From NCBI GenBank assembly GCA_002269645.1, contig NIVC01001905.1, positions 113,691-177,690 of the forward strand: a DNA stretch of 64,000 nt. The letters run 5' to 3'. Position numbers and translations under genes: made by a program. The notes beneath the pieces were generated by a model, which worked only from the letters and a program-made list of their open reading frames with translations, had not been told where the DNA came from and did not search any database. This document shows positions 1 to 13,084 of this stretch, piece after piece; position 1 is the first letter of the stretch; every line of letters starts with the position of its first letter. Source of the stretch: Macrostomum lignano. Taxonomy: Eukaryota.

Positions 1-392
1 TATTTTCGTATTAAGACGCGTTCGCTTCCAACAAGCGCGAACATTTTTTTGTGCGTTGGATTCGTGACAGAATTCTCGGCGCCAAACGGACTCACCGCAG
101 ACCAAAACTGAACGTTGCAAGCGAATTCGTCTGCTCCTGTGCTTCTGTTCTGCTCTTGTCCCAACTTGCTTCAAGAAGGCTTTTTTAAACTCTCTTTGGC
201 GTCAATTTTTTTTGACAAAAGACAAACGAGTTTTCTCTCACCATATGCATATATATACACTATTATTTATTGCCTTCTCTAATAGTAAAATGTGAGTCTT
301 GAGCTGGGTGTCATTTTAGCTCAACTGACCAGGGACTCCTATAGAGTTTGCACCAGTTGGATTGGAAACTAAAAAAATAGTTTTAGAAACTA

Positions 393-1390
393 ATTCCAGA
401 ATCGAAATGCCCATTTTAAACACAGGAAACACTCATTCCAGAGTCGAAACGCTCAGTTTAAACACATGAAACACTCATTCCAGAATCGAAATGCCCAGTT
501 TAAACACAGGAAACACTCATTCCAGAATCGAAATGCCCAGTTTAAACACGGGAAACACTCATTCCAGAATCGAAATGCCCAGTTTAAACACAGGAAACAC
601 TCATTCCAGAATCGAAATGCCCAGTTTAAACATAGGAAACACTCATTCCAGAATCGAAATGCCCAGTTTAAACACGGGAAACACTCATTCCAGAATCGAA
701 ATGCCCAGTTTAAACACGGGAAACACTCATTCCAGAATCGAAATGCCCAGTTTAAACACGGGAAACACTCATTCCAGAATCGAAATGCCCAGTTTAAACA
801 CGGGAAACACTCATTCCAGAATCGAAATGCCCAGTTTAAACACGGGAAACACTCATTCCAGAATCGAAATGCCCAGTTTAAACACGGGAAACACTCATTC
901 CAGAATCGAAATGCCCGGTTTAAACACGGGAAACAACTCATTCCAGAATCGAAATGCCCAGTTTAAACACGGGAAACAACTCATTCCAGAATCGAAATGC
1001 CCAGTTTAAACACGGGAAACACTCATTCCAGAATCGAAATGCCCAGTTTAAACACAGGAAACACTCATTCCAGAATCGAAATGCCCAGTTTAAACACGGG
1101 AAACAACTCATTCCAGAATCGAAATGCCCAGTTTAAACACAGGAAACACTCATTCCAGAATCGAAATGCCCAGTTTAAACACGGGAAACAACTCATTCCA
1201 GAATCGAAACGCCCAGTTTAAACACGGGAAACACTCATTCCAGTATGGAAACGCCCAGTTTAAACACAGGAAACACTCATTCCAGAATCGAAATGCCCAG
1301 TTTAAACACAGGAAACACTCATTCCAGAATCGAAATGCCCAGTTTAAACATGGGAAACACTCATTCCAGAGTCAAACGCTCATTTAAAAC
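393..1390. repeat. 42/43-bp minisatellite (CACGGGAAACACTCATTCCAGAATCGAAATGCCCAGTTTAAA)n
   Basis: Head-to-tail near-identical units with no spacers. Confidence 0.95.
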
Positions 1391-1926
1391 ATTTCCAATG
1401 GGTTGTTCCAATCCAGTTGCTAAAACTTAGACGTCCTTGTCGCATCCCGCCCAGCTCTAACAACAAAAGCGAATTTATAAATGGCGTCTTTATGATAGTG
1501 TCAAAGTGTGGGGGGGCATTGGCGCCAATGTGTCGCAAAACTGGAAGGCGGTAAACGGAGGGCCACCCCTAATCCCCACACCACCCACACCGCCCCTTCT
1601 TCCGCTCCAGTTGGTGGTGCACTGGCGGGCCAAAAAAAACTTGTGGGTCCCCCCTCCTCGGGGCAGGAGGTGTTTGATTCGCTTTGTCGGGGGTGGGGGG
1701 CGTTTTTTTAGACACCTCAGTCAGCCAATGAGCGGCCGGCCTGTTTTCTGGTTGGATAAATTTTCCGTTTTCATAATTTGTCACCCCAATGTTCATTTCG
1801 TTTATTTAGAAATGCTCGATTCTGAATTATCGTCCAAGACCTCTCCTCGAGTTGCACACACACACATGAGCTAAATATCAAAGAATTAAGTTTAAACAAA
1901 TTTTGATTATTTCCGAATACTAGGAA

Positions 1927-4900
1927 ATGCATCCCTGCGAGTTGACAACTCCAAAAACCGGTCAACAGGAATCGATTGCGGGACCGAAAGCTGTTTTGGA
2001 GGATTCGAAATTGTGGCAACAATTTTACAACTTGGGCACAGAGATGGTTATAACAAAATCGGGAAGGTAAGCGACGGAGAACCAGGATTTGTTTTAAGGG
2101 ATCGAGGTCAGGTGACCTTCCTTCGGCTTCGGCTCGACCCCTATGCCCTCTCCTAGATTGAAAGATTTGGAAAATTTAGAAATGGCAATATTTGTTGCAG
2201 AACTCTCTGACGGCCAGAACAGATAGTGTAGCAAATGTTATAAAATGCTTTACAAAAACACCTGTTCCAACTATAACAAGCGCCATTCTGTCTGACAGAG
2301 ACAATGTAATAACATAATTGTGTAATCTTCCATAACTCTGCGTTTTTATTCTCTAAGCTAATATGGAAACATTGCAGTTGGCCCCCTTCTCTTTCACTCT
2401 CTCTGCCTCTCCCAATTCATTTCTTTTCATTTCAATTTTATATTCTCTCTGTTTCGTTTTACAACAACTCCAGTACAATTATAACAAAACTAACGAGACA
2501 AATAAAACAAGCGAAATTACAGGCGATAAAATATTCTCTCTTCTTAATCCTAGTTCATTTTCTGGTTTGTCTAATATCTATCTGTATTCTGTAGTTTCTG
2601 TTGTTGAAGCAGCCTAGTCCCACTTCTTAGTCTCCTGGCCTGTTGCCTGTTTCTGCGCCTTATAAAAAATGAATTCTCCTAAGCACGCTATCCTGTACCC
2701 ACGAGAGGCATAATTATAGGCCTTCATAAAATTGCCCCTTTTCTTTTGAATTGAAACAGAAATTCTTAGAATTTAGCAACTGTAAAAGTTAGAACACAAG
2801 ACTGCATGGCTTATCAACAGTTTAATTGTCAGTAAAAATTTGTCACTTTTCTGCAATGCAAGCAATTATAAAGAAAAAAATATGGTGCCTCTCAAAGTGT
2901 TTGTCATAGTGCCTGTCATAGTGCCTGTCATAGTGTCTGTCATAGTGTGTCATAGTGCCTGTCATAGTGCCTGTCATAGTGTCTGTCATAGTGTGTCATA
3001 GTGTCTGTCATAGTGCCTGTCATAGTGTCTGTCATAGTGTCTGTCATAGTGCCTCTCAAAGTGTCTGTCATAGTGTCTGTCATAGTGCCTGTCATAGTGT
3101 CTGTCATAGTGTCTGTCATAGTGCCTGTCATAGTGCCTCTCAAATTGTCTGTCATAGTGCCTGTCAAAGTCCCTGTCATAGTGCCTGTCAAAGTGCCTGT
3201 CAAAGTCCCTGTCATCGTGCGACAGACTGCCGTCTCAAGCAAGGGGCATCAGAGAGAATTAAAAATCAATATTCATCTCACGCCCCCCTCACTCCAGGCG
3301 GATGTTCCCGGCTCTGCGCCTCCGACTGTCGGGTCTCCAGCCCAACTCAAACTACGTGTTGGCCGTCGAAGTCACCCCAGCGGACGGCGCCCGCTACAAG
3401 TTCCAGTCGGGTCGGTGGACACCAGCTGGCAAAGCGGATCCGGAACCGCCCAAGCGGCTGTACATTCATCCGGACAGTCCGGCCACCGGACAGCACTGGA
3501 TGGCAAGGCTGGTGTCTTTTCACAAGCTGAAGCTGACGAACAACCTGTGCGACAAGCAGGGATACGTGAGTACCTGACGCATTCCTGGGGCTGGAGCTTT
3601 CGGGTTCAGTCACAGAATTCTCAAGGATAACTTTCTCGGAAAGTTTCACTTTTTATAGAGAAGCACGGTTTGTAATTCAAAGAAGCCATTTTCAAAGTTA
3701 AAGATGCCATTTTCACAGCTAGGATGCCATTTTCACAGCTAGGATGCCATTTTCAAAGTTAAAGATGCCATTTTCAAAGTTAAAGATGCCATTTTCACAG
3801 CTAGGATGCCATTTTCACAGCTAGGATGTCATTTTCACAGCCAGGATGCCATTTTCACAGCCAGGATGTCATTTTCACAGCTAGGATGTCATTTTCACAG
3901 CCAGGATGTCATTTTCACACCCAGGATGTCATTTTCACACCCAGGATGTCATTTTCACACCCAGGATGTCATTTTCACACCCAGGATGTCATTTTCACAC
4001 CCAGGATGTCATTTTCACACCCAAGATGCCACTTTCACAGCTAGGATGCCACTTTCACAGCTAGGATGCCACTTTCACAGCTAGGATGCCATTTTCACAG
4101 CTAGGATGCCATTTTCAAAGTTAAAGATGCCATTTTCACAGCTAGGATGCCATTTTCACAGCTAGGATGTCATTTTCACAGCCAGGATGTCATTTTCACA
4201 GCTAGGATGTCATTTTCACAGCTAGGATGTCATTTTCACAGCCAGGATGTCATTTTCACAGCCAGGATGTCATTTTCACAGCCAGAATGTCATTTTCACA
4301 GCCAGGATGTCATTTTCACAGCCAGGATGTCATTTTCACAGCCAGAATGTCATTTTCACAGCCAGGATGTCATTTTCACAGCCAGGATGTCATTTTCACA
4401 GCTAGGATGTCATTTTCACAGCTAGGATGCCATTTTCACAGCCAGGATGTCATTTTCACAGCTGTCGGTTTTTTTCAACGTCAATTGAGTGAAAAACCTC
4501 TCCCCCACCTCTCCGCAGGCCGTGCTAAACAGTATGCACCGATATGTAATCAACTTCTACATTGCTCAAGCTGACCAGGTCAGTCAGCTAGCTTTCAGTC
4601 GCAGCATTGACACCTTCCAGTTTGCCGAGACAGCGTTCATCGCGGTAACGGCTTATCAGAATGACAAGGTAAGGCTATAAATCATAATTCATGACTAATT
4701 GTCAAGTTGCGAATGTCTAATTCCATGAGTTTTATTGTGTAGACATTAATTTTTTTCAGATCACCCAGCTGAAGATTGACCACAATCCGTTTGCCAAAGG
4801 ATTCCGCGAAGCGGCTGCCGCACTTCGCAAGGACTGCAAAAGGTTGGTCGCAGACTCACCTGCCGATGAACAACTGGATTCAGATTGGTTTCCAACTCGT

Positions 4901-7900
4901 GGATTCAGATTGGTTTCCAATTCGTGGATTCAGATTGGTTTCCAACTCATCGATTCAGATTGGTTTCCAACTCGTGGATTCAGATTGGTTTCCAGCTCGT
5001 GGATTCAGATTGGTTTCCAACTCGTGGATTCAGATTGGTTTCCAGCTCGTGGATTCAGATTGGTTTCCAACTCGATTCAGATTGGTTTCCAACTCGATTC
5101 AGATTGGTTTCCAACTCGATTCAGATTGGTTTCCAACTCGATTCAGATTGGTTTCCAACTCGATTCAGATTGGTTTCCAACTCGATTCAGATTGGTTTCC
5201 AACTCGATTCAGATTGGTTTCCAACTCGATTCAGATTGGTTTCCAACTCATCGATTCAGATTGGTTTCCAACTCGATTCAGATTGGTTTCCAACTCGATT
5301 CAGATTGGTTTCCAACTCGATTCAGATTGGTTTCCAACTCGATTCAGATTGGTTTCCAACTCGTGGATTCAGATTGGTTTCCAACTCGTGGATTCAGATT
5401 GGTTTCCAACTCGTGGATTTAGATTGGTTTCCAACTCGTGGATTCAGATTGGTTTCCAACTCGTGGATTCAGATTGGTTTCCAACTCGTGGATTCAGATT
5501 GGTTTCCAACTCGTGGATTCAGATTGGTTTCCAACTCGTGGATTTAGATTGGTTTCCAACTCGTGGATTCAGATTGGTTTCCAACTCGATTCAGATTGGT
5601 TTCCAACTCGTGGATTTAGATTGGTTTCCAACTCGTGGATTCAGATTGGTTTCCAACTCGTGGATTTAGATTGGTTTCCAACTCGTGGATTCAGATTGGT
5701 TTCCAACTCGTGGATTCAGATTGGTTTCCAACTCGTGGATTCAGATTGGTTTCCAACTCGTGGATTCAGATTGGTTTCCAACTCGTGGATTCAGATGAAA
5801 ATTTTTAATAATCTTCAATTCAAAGAACATTTGTTTGATTGCAGGAGTCGCTACTCGGCTGCTCGAACAGAATCTTCGGTCCACCTTGGAGGAGATTGCA
5901 ACAACAACAAAAATGTGAAAAGCAGAAATTGCAGCAGCACTTGCGGAAGCGTCTTGTCCGATGAGACCTCGTCTTATCGTTGCTCATGCCTCGACGCCAG
6001 CTGCAAATCAGAGGACTTGCAAGGTCAGTCAGTTCAAGTTGTCTTCTCTCTCAGCTTCGTAATCATCAAAACTATAAAACCACAAAAGTCTTTAAAAACT
6101 TCTGAGAAATTGAAGAGCATATCTATTATTGCCCAGATCATATCAGTCTGTAATATAAGACAATTTCCCACCTCAGACCGTCTGGTAGAAGCAAATCTCC
6201 GCATTATGGCGGATCTAAACTTGGAAGAGCAGGTCTTGCTGGGTAATTGGGGGTTGCGAGGTGAGGGTCGGAGTTCCGGTTTGATTAAGCCTGGGGATTT
6301 TCGGAGGCGCCACCCTGTCGCAACGGGCTTTTGAAGTCGTCAGCGCGGTGCGACTGTCTGCATTTGCGTGAGGGCGCCAACAGATCTGGGTTGTCGGTTG
6401 AATAAAGCTTTCCCAAATCCCCAATTCTCTTTGGCTGGTGCTAAAATATAATACTCCCCATTTATTCTGTCCACCTCTCTCTCTCTCACTCTCAATAATG
6501 TCGCGCCCGAGACCGGCCGGCGCCAGCAGGGACGGAGCTGGTCTGGTTGGGTGCAGGGAGATATTTTTCACGGGTCGGACGAGAACCAAAAAAATCGGGG
6601 AAAATGCGCTCTTTATTGTGGTATTGAAATACAACAGTCAAGGATATGCGCAGCTATTGAAATCCTTCATTGACTCACCCACTCTGCTTGACGGGTGGCA
6701 AAAAAACCAAACACAGGTGGCCGACTTATTGGCGTCACTGAGGTGACTTTTTCATCGCGATTTTTCACAGAAGGAACCTGCTGGCTTTTCAAATTCAAGC
6801 GATTTTCGATTAGTCACCTAGGGGTCCTGGGTAGCGGTCCTTGCAACATGGAAGTTACCGTTGCTGTCGGGAGTTAAACAATCGCATTAGATGAACCAAA
6901 TTTTTTAAGGGTGGCGCTTCCACAAGATCTAAATTTTATAACGTTTAAATTTAAAATATTTAAGGATCCAATTTCACAAGACCTAATCTCACAAGACCTA
7001 AACTTCACGAGGCTTAAACTGCACAAGACCTAAACTTCTCGAGACCTAAATTGCACAAGACCTAAACTTTACCATGACCTAAACTTTACCATGACCTAAA
7101 CTTTACCATGACCTAGACTTCAAAAGACCTAAACTTCACGAGACCTAAACTTCACAAGACTTAAACTGCACAAGACCTAAACTTCACTTCACAAGACCTA
7201 AACTGCACAAGACCTAAACTTCAAAAGACCTAAACTGCACAAGACCTAAACTTCACGAGACCTAAATTGCACAAGACCTAAACTTTACCATGACCTAAAC
7301 TTTACCATGACCTAAACTTTACCATGACCTAGACTTCAAAAGACCTAAACTGCACAAGACCTAAACTTCACTTCACAAGACCTAAACTGCACAAGACCTA
7401 AACTGCACAAGACCTAAACTTCACGAGACCTAAATTTCACAAGACCTAAACTGCACAAGACCCAAACTTCACGAGACCTAAACTGCACAAGACCTAAACT
7501 TCAAGAGACCTAAATTTCACAAGACCTAAACTTCACAACCTAAACTTCACAAGACCTAAACTGTACAAGTCCTAAACTTCAAATTTTAAATTAGTCTGCT
7601 AAAAGTATCACAGAAGTGGATTTACTGTGAAAGTATTTTCTGTCAAATGGGGTTTTATCCACTACTTGATCGGATTGGGTCAGGTAGTGTTAACTTTTTC
7701 GTGCGGAGACCGCAGTGCCTTACGAGCTGTGCTGTGCTTGATGTGCGTGAAATGTGGACAGACCCCTTCCTAGTTATAAACAGCCACGAACTGACGAGCC
7801 ACACTTCATTCGGGACAGTTAGTAACTAAGTAAGCGATGAAAAATTATCGTTCATCAATCAGTAAAACACCCAACTCTCATGCCTCATTTTTAACTTTTG

Positions 7901-9313
7901 CTGACCTTTATTGACCGAGTTAACGGTTTGCACAGGCCATTTCACATTTAACCGTAAAATGGTTTCCCCACTTCAGATTACAGTAAACAAACTTATAAAT
8001 TGCTCTCCAGGTAGTCTCTGACTCTCTTGCAGGCAGGTCTTTGTTTGCTGGGCCCTTCAATTTTTCCACGCTGGTCGCTGAAGTTGATTTAGTAGGCTTT
8101 CGTCTTTGTTCCACTCACTGGGTTGCATTTGGGACACAGTGTGGTCTTTGTTGTTGCTAGGGCTTGTTCAGATTAGTGAATCTATGAAAACGCTGTCGTT
8201 GATCTTCCTCTTTCGAAGTTCGACGATAAACTCACTCACGTCACTCACAATGGGCCGTATGCAGAAAGCCTAGTCCAGACTAGCTAGTCCGGACTTGGGT
8301 AATTCAGTCTATGGTCTATGGTCCAGCTACCCTAGTTCTGTCTATAGTAGACTGGTCTAACTTTGCGCTTCTGCATACCAAATTTAAGTCCAGACTAGCT
8401 TTCAAGACCGGACTACCCTAGACAGAGCTTTCTGCATACGGCCCAATGCCCGTTATTTAGAGAAACAATCAGAATCCCACTTCATTAGACTCTATCTTAT
8501 CAGTGAGAATCTCACCCTTCCTCCAGATAATCTCAATCTTTAGCAGAGAACTTCATCCATAGAATCTCACCCTTTAACTGAGAATCTCATCTATAGAATC
8601 TCACCCTTTACCTGAGAATCTCATCCGTCGAATCTCACCCTTTACCTTAGAGTCTCATCTGTAGAATCTCACCCTTTACTTGAGAATCTTATCCGTAGCA
8701 TCTCACACGTTATCTGAGAATCTCATCCGTAGAATCTCACCCTTTACCTTAGAGTCTCATCCGAAGAATCTCACAGTTAACCTGAGAGTCGCATCCGGCC
8801 ATAGAATCTCACCCTTTCATTAAAACCTAAGAATCGCATCTATAGAATCTCAACCCTACAAATCTCATTTGTGACAATCTCACTCATGCGAAATCCATAG
8901 CTGCGAAGATGCTTATGAGTTACCTAACTTCAACCCCCCCCAACCCTTCCGCAGACTTCTACTCAACCTTGAAGCGTCCGCAGCCGAACAGGGCGTTGCC
9001 GCCGCAGCAGCCAGCCCGGAGTTCAGCGGCCACCGCGGCTGGAGCGCCACTGTCTGACCTGTGCCGGCAGCAGCATCAGCAAATGTACTTCAGGGATTTG
9101 CCAGACCACTCGGCAACTGCGGCTGCAAACTACTGGAGTCGAATTCAACTCCACGAGGCGATGATGACGTCATCAAGCTTCTATCATCCGTTCAATTACT
9201 TTGGCTGGGGTGCGGCCTCGGCGACGCAAGCGCACCTGTGTCTGACCGCAGGATCAAGTCGGCCAACTACGAAACGGTCGGGTTTCAGTATTGACGAGAT
9301 CATGTCCAGCTGA
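1927..9313 (+). CDS. T-box transcription factor, Tbx2/3(omb)-like T-box; join(1927..2066,3298..3565,4519..4668,4760..4842,5845..6023,8955..9313), 392 aa
   Basis: T-box motifs [19 protein letters not shown]|[60 protein letters not shown]. All junctions are GT-AG with compatible phases, 1179 nt total = 393 codons. Ends FSIDEIMSS*. Exons 5-6 are inferred from phase only. Confidence 0.9.
2886..3220. repeat. 12-bp minisatellite (GTCATAGTGYCT)n in T-box intron 1
   Basis: Direct tandem units. Confidence 0.9.
3684..4463. repeat. 20-bp minisatellite (AGGATGTCATTTTCACASCY)n in T-box intron 2
   Basis: Direct tandem units. Confidence 0.95.
4875..5795. repeat. 22/25-bp minisatellite (GATTCAGATTGGTTTCCAACTC[GTG])n in T-box intron 4
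   Basis: Direct tandem units in two length variants. Confidence 0.95.
6975..7580. repeat. 16-bp minisatellite (CACAAGACCTAAACTK)n in T-box intron 5
   Basis: Direct tandem units. Confidence 0.9.
8252..8444. mobile_element. MITE of PIF/Harbinger (PHIS)-like type, 193 bp
   Basis: 18-bp perfect TIR GGGCCGTATGCAGAAAGC with 3-bp TSD AAT on both sides. Confidence 0.75.
8500..8890. repeat. About 34-bp degenerate minisatellite built on AGAATCTCA subunits
   Basis: Repeating AGAATCTCATCCGTAGAATCTCACCCTTTACCTG. Confidence 0.8.
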
Positions 9314-10576
9314 TTGGACTACATCAGTGGCTCATGGACAACTGAATGAGGAAGTGAATGAAGCTTGCACTGGATACTCCTAGAAATATTTGTCGTGTCG
9401 CTAGTAGTGCATTTAGTATGGGTTTTGCCTTAAAAACAAATTCGGTTGAGAACACAGATACTAAAATATATAGCTGGATGGGCCACTGAGGCATAGATAC
9501 TTAGTAAAACAGCTTTCTACTTTCAGTTGAGTAGCAAAGAAGAATACATTAAGCTATTTTATAAGAAAAAAGGCGGCTGAAATGACTTTGATAAGTTTAG
9601 AAGCCCAAGATTGCTGGCGTAAACAGCTTGCTAATTGGTTCAGCAATAATGTACATTTAGTCACTGAAATGTACATGGCAGCTTTAGGCTGGAATTCCGA
9701 GTTAAGGCAATAAAAATTGGGGCGGGTCGGGGGGGGGGTAGTGTGGAAAGGCGCGGTTGGAGGTTTAAGTGGGGGTAAGAGCCAATAAACGAACCTTGAC
9801 TTCAAAAATACATTAAAATGCTTTAGTTTAACTTACTACTGAACTGAAAGTAGCTTACACGCAAATGTGCTGAGTGGTTGAGAATAATCTTATTACTCCA
9901 CAGCGTACTAAGAATTTCTAAGAAAATCTAGTGCAGCTCCCTCTGAAACTAGAGAAAGAACTGTGAAGTCTCATCTAAAAATTCTTTTAAAATCCTAGCG
10001 GCCCTTACCTTGATCTGAGCCTCCCTAAGATCCATAGGGACTCCCTAAGATCAGACGCTGGTGGGATGGCTACCTCTTGAATTGAATTCTGACTTTGTAT
10101 TGCTAATCCTTAATTCTTAAAAGCGCTTTGACTCGCACTATCGTATTTTTGTCTCTACCAGGATGTACAAGTACAGCAGGCACTATTAAAAAGGCAGCTC
10201 GATGTTAGCGTAATAAAAACTTCTGCATGTAATGACAAAAATTTACTAAACTGAAGAAAAAAATTGCTGAAGCGTCCCTTTCTCTCCCATCATGCTTGCA
10301 TGTACACTGTCTTGCAAATAAGATATCTATTATATATATGTATATTATGTATATATCTGTACACACTGTGCCTTAAGTGTGCATCTGTATTGAAAAGTTT
10401 CCATTTCATACTTAAATAAACCATCAGTAGTATATACTGCAACTATAATTCCAAGCTTAAGCCTCAGTCAATACACATTAAATGCTTCCAATTGACTGCT
10501 TGATGAATGGCCATTCAAACTAAACTGTTTCCCTTTCTTAAAAAGCTTTTTTTTAGTTGAGCAATGAAATCGAGGC

Positions 10577-11938
10577 AGCGCTAAAATGAGTGCCTGCGGT
10601 GCCAAAATGAGTGCCTGCGGCGCTAAAATGAGTGCCTGCGACGCCAAAATGAGTAGCAGCAGCGCTAAAATGAGTGCCTGCGACGCCAAAATGAGTAGCA
10701 GCAGCGCTAAAATGAGTGCCTGCAGCGCTAAAATGAGTGCCTGCGGCGCTAAAATGAGTGCCTGCGACGCTAAAATGAGTGCCTGCGGCGCTAAAATGAG
10801 TGCCTGCGGCGCTAAAATGAGTGCCTGCGGCGCTAAAATGAGTGCCTGCAGCGCTAAAATGAGTGTCTACGGCGCTAAAATGAGTGCCTGCAGCGCCAAA
10901 ATGAGTGCCTGCGGCGCTAAAATGACTGCCTGCGGCGCTAAAATGAGTGCCTGCGGCGCTAAAATGAGTGCCTGCGGCGCTAAAATGAGTGCCTGCGGCG
11001 CTAAAATGAGTGCCTGCGGCGCTAAAATGAGTGCCAGCAGCGCTAAAATGACTGCCTGCGGCGCTAAAATGAGTGCCTGCGGCGCTAAAATGAGTGCCTT
11101 TGGCGCTACGAGTGCCTGCGGCGCCAAAATGAGTGCCTGCAGCGCTAAAATGAGTGCCTGCGGCGCTAAAATGAGTGCCAGCAGCTCTAAAATGAGTGCC
11201 TGCAGCGCTAAAATGACTGCCTGCGGCGCTAAAATGAGTGCCTGCGGCGCTAAAATGAGTGCCTGCGGCGCTAAAATGACTGCCTGCGGCGCTAAAATGA
11301 GTGCCTGCGGCGCTAAAATGAGTGCCTGCGGCGCTAAAATGAGTGCCTGCGGCGCTAAAATGAGTGCCTGCGGCGCTAAAATGAGTGCCTTTGGCGCTAC
11401 GAGTGCCTGTGGCGCTAAAATGAGTGTCTGCGGCGCTAAAATGAGTGCCTGCGGCGCTAAAATGAGTGCCTGCAGCGCTAAAATGAGTGCCTGCAGCGCT
11501 AAAATGAGTGCCTGCGGCGCTAAAATGAGTGCCTGCGGCGCTAAAATGAGTGCCTTTGGCGCTACGAGTGCCTGCGGCGCCAAAATGAGTGCCTGCAGCG
11601 CTAAAATGAGTGCCTGCGGCGCTAAAATGAGTGCCAGCAGCTCTAAAATGAGTGCCTGCAGCGCTAAAATGACTGCCTGCGGCGCTAAAATGAGTGCCTG
11701 CGGCGCTAAAATGAGTGCCTGCGGCGCTAAAATGACTGCCTGCGGCGCTAAAATGAGTGCCTGCGGCGCTAAAATGAGTGCCTGCGGCGCTAAAATGAGT
11801 GCCTGCGGCGCTAAAATGAGTGCCTTTGGCGCTACGAGTGCCTGCGGCGCTAAAATGAGTGCCTGCAGCGCTAAAATGAGTGCCTGCAGCGCTAAAATGA
11901 GTGCCTGCGGCGCTAAAATGAGTACCTGTGGCGCTAAA
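10577..11938. repeat. 21-bp minisatellite (GCTAAAATGAGTGCCTGCGGC)n
   Basis: Direct tandem units. Source of the spurious MSACGAK and AAGTHFS ORFs. Confidence 0.95.
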
Positions 11939-13084
11939 CAATTATAGTACTCATATAAAACTGGGATAGAACTGGTAGGATAAACCGCACTTGAGCAGTA
12001 TAATTTTTACCGATATCTTTGTTTGTATACTATATTTTCGATCTTTGAATCCATCAATTATCCCCTGTTAACAAACAGCTGAGGAAGCTGAAGTTATGAA
12101 GTTTATGAAAGTTACTTTACGCAATACTGAGGAAGCAGTATAGCCTCACCAGTTGTATCCCCCACCGTGAAAAATTTCTGACTTTCTAATCGTCGAGCAT
12201 GTACTCTCTCTCTGTGCCTTGGGGGTTGGTCCTCAGGTGTAAAAACCAATTGTCTTGCCCAGAAGCCCCAAATGAATGTGGCCGCTCTCGGGGTCAAGTA
12301 AACTTTACATACATGTACCAAACACACTTACTGACCCGTCGAACCACTGTTGTTTGAGCGTGCGCGAGTGCTGGACTCCCCTCATGGACCTCTCCTGCTT
12401 CAACTCATTCAATTGTGTTGACTTCCCTCAACCGGTCAACTCGTATTAGTGACGTTAGAAGAGTCAGTTGCTTGCTTTTCTATATACTAACCTCGCAAGT
12501 TGAGCATGATCAAATTTCTAATAAAAATTGTATGCGTAAGAGCTGCAGCACTTGAGAGAGAACTTCACTTCTCAACTGCAGCAGTTTTTGAGTTTCTAGA
12601 AGTGGCTTTGCTTTGCTTTGAGTTGAATTTACGAACTGGCCCAGACAAAGGAAATCTGATATTTGAATGAAAATATTATTTCAAGGTATAATTTCTCGTC
12701 CAGCCCAGGCATTTCTATTCGTCATATACTTGAGCTGCTACTTCAAGTAGCATTGTTTACTTATTAGTCTCTTTATAAGCGTACAAGCTGTTGAAACCCG
12801 CGGATTTTGAACCCGGGGAATTCCAATCCCTGGAACTACTTTTGCATGTATTCTGAAATCTAAGGCAATACACAAACAAAAACTTGTTAATAGTTAGTAA
12901 GATAGAGGTGGACATAAAATGGAGCACATTCGTGTAAAATTAGGGTTTGAGGCAAACATTGATATTGTTGGCTGGGGGTACTCCGCAGAATGTCAGGCAA
13001 TGTCTGTCTGACTCTAAAACATGTATTGGCAAACTCTGGCCTCTCCCTGACTCTCCCTATGTCCCTTGGATCCTTTAAAATTTC

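Noticed and set aside
453-1430. Long ORFs and a CRISPR-like appearance in the 42-bp array
   Set aside because: Units are head-to-tail with no unique spacers and there are no cas genes in this eukaryotic context. The ORFs arise because the unit lacks stop codons.
4843-5422. ORF 4844-5422 is in frame with T-box exon 4, so intron retention would add a repeat-encoded tail lacking eh1
   Set aside because: The donor at 4843 joins 5845 in the correct phase, and there is no evidence for retention without RNA data.
10553-11947. 453-462 aa ORFs on both strands (MSACGAK / AAGTHFS repeats)
   Set aside because: They coincide exactly with a 21-bp satellite open in several frames, with no unique coding flanks or splice context.
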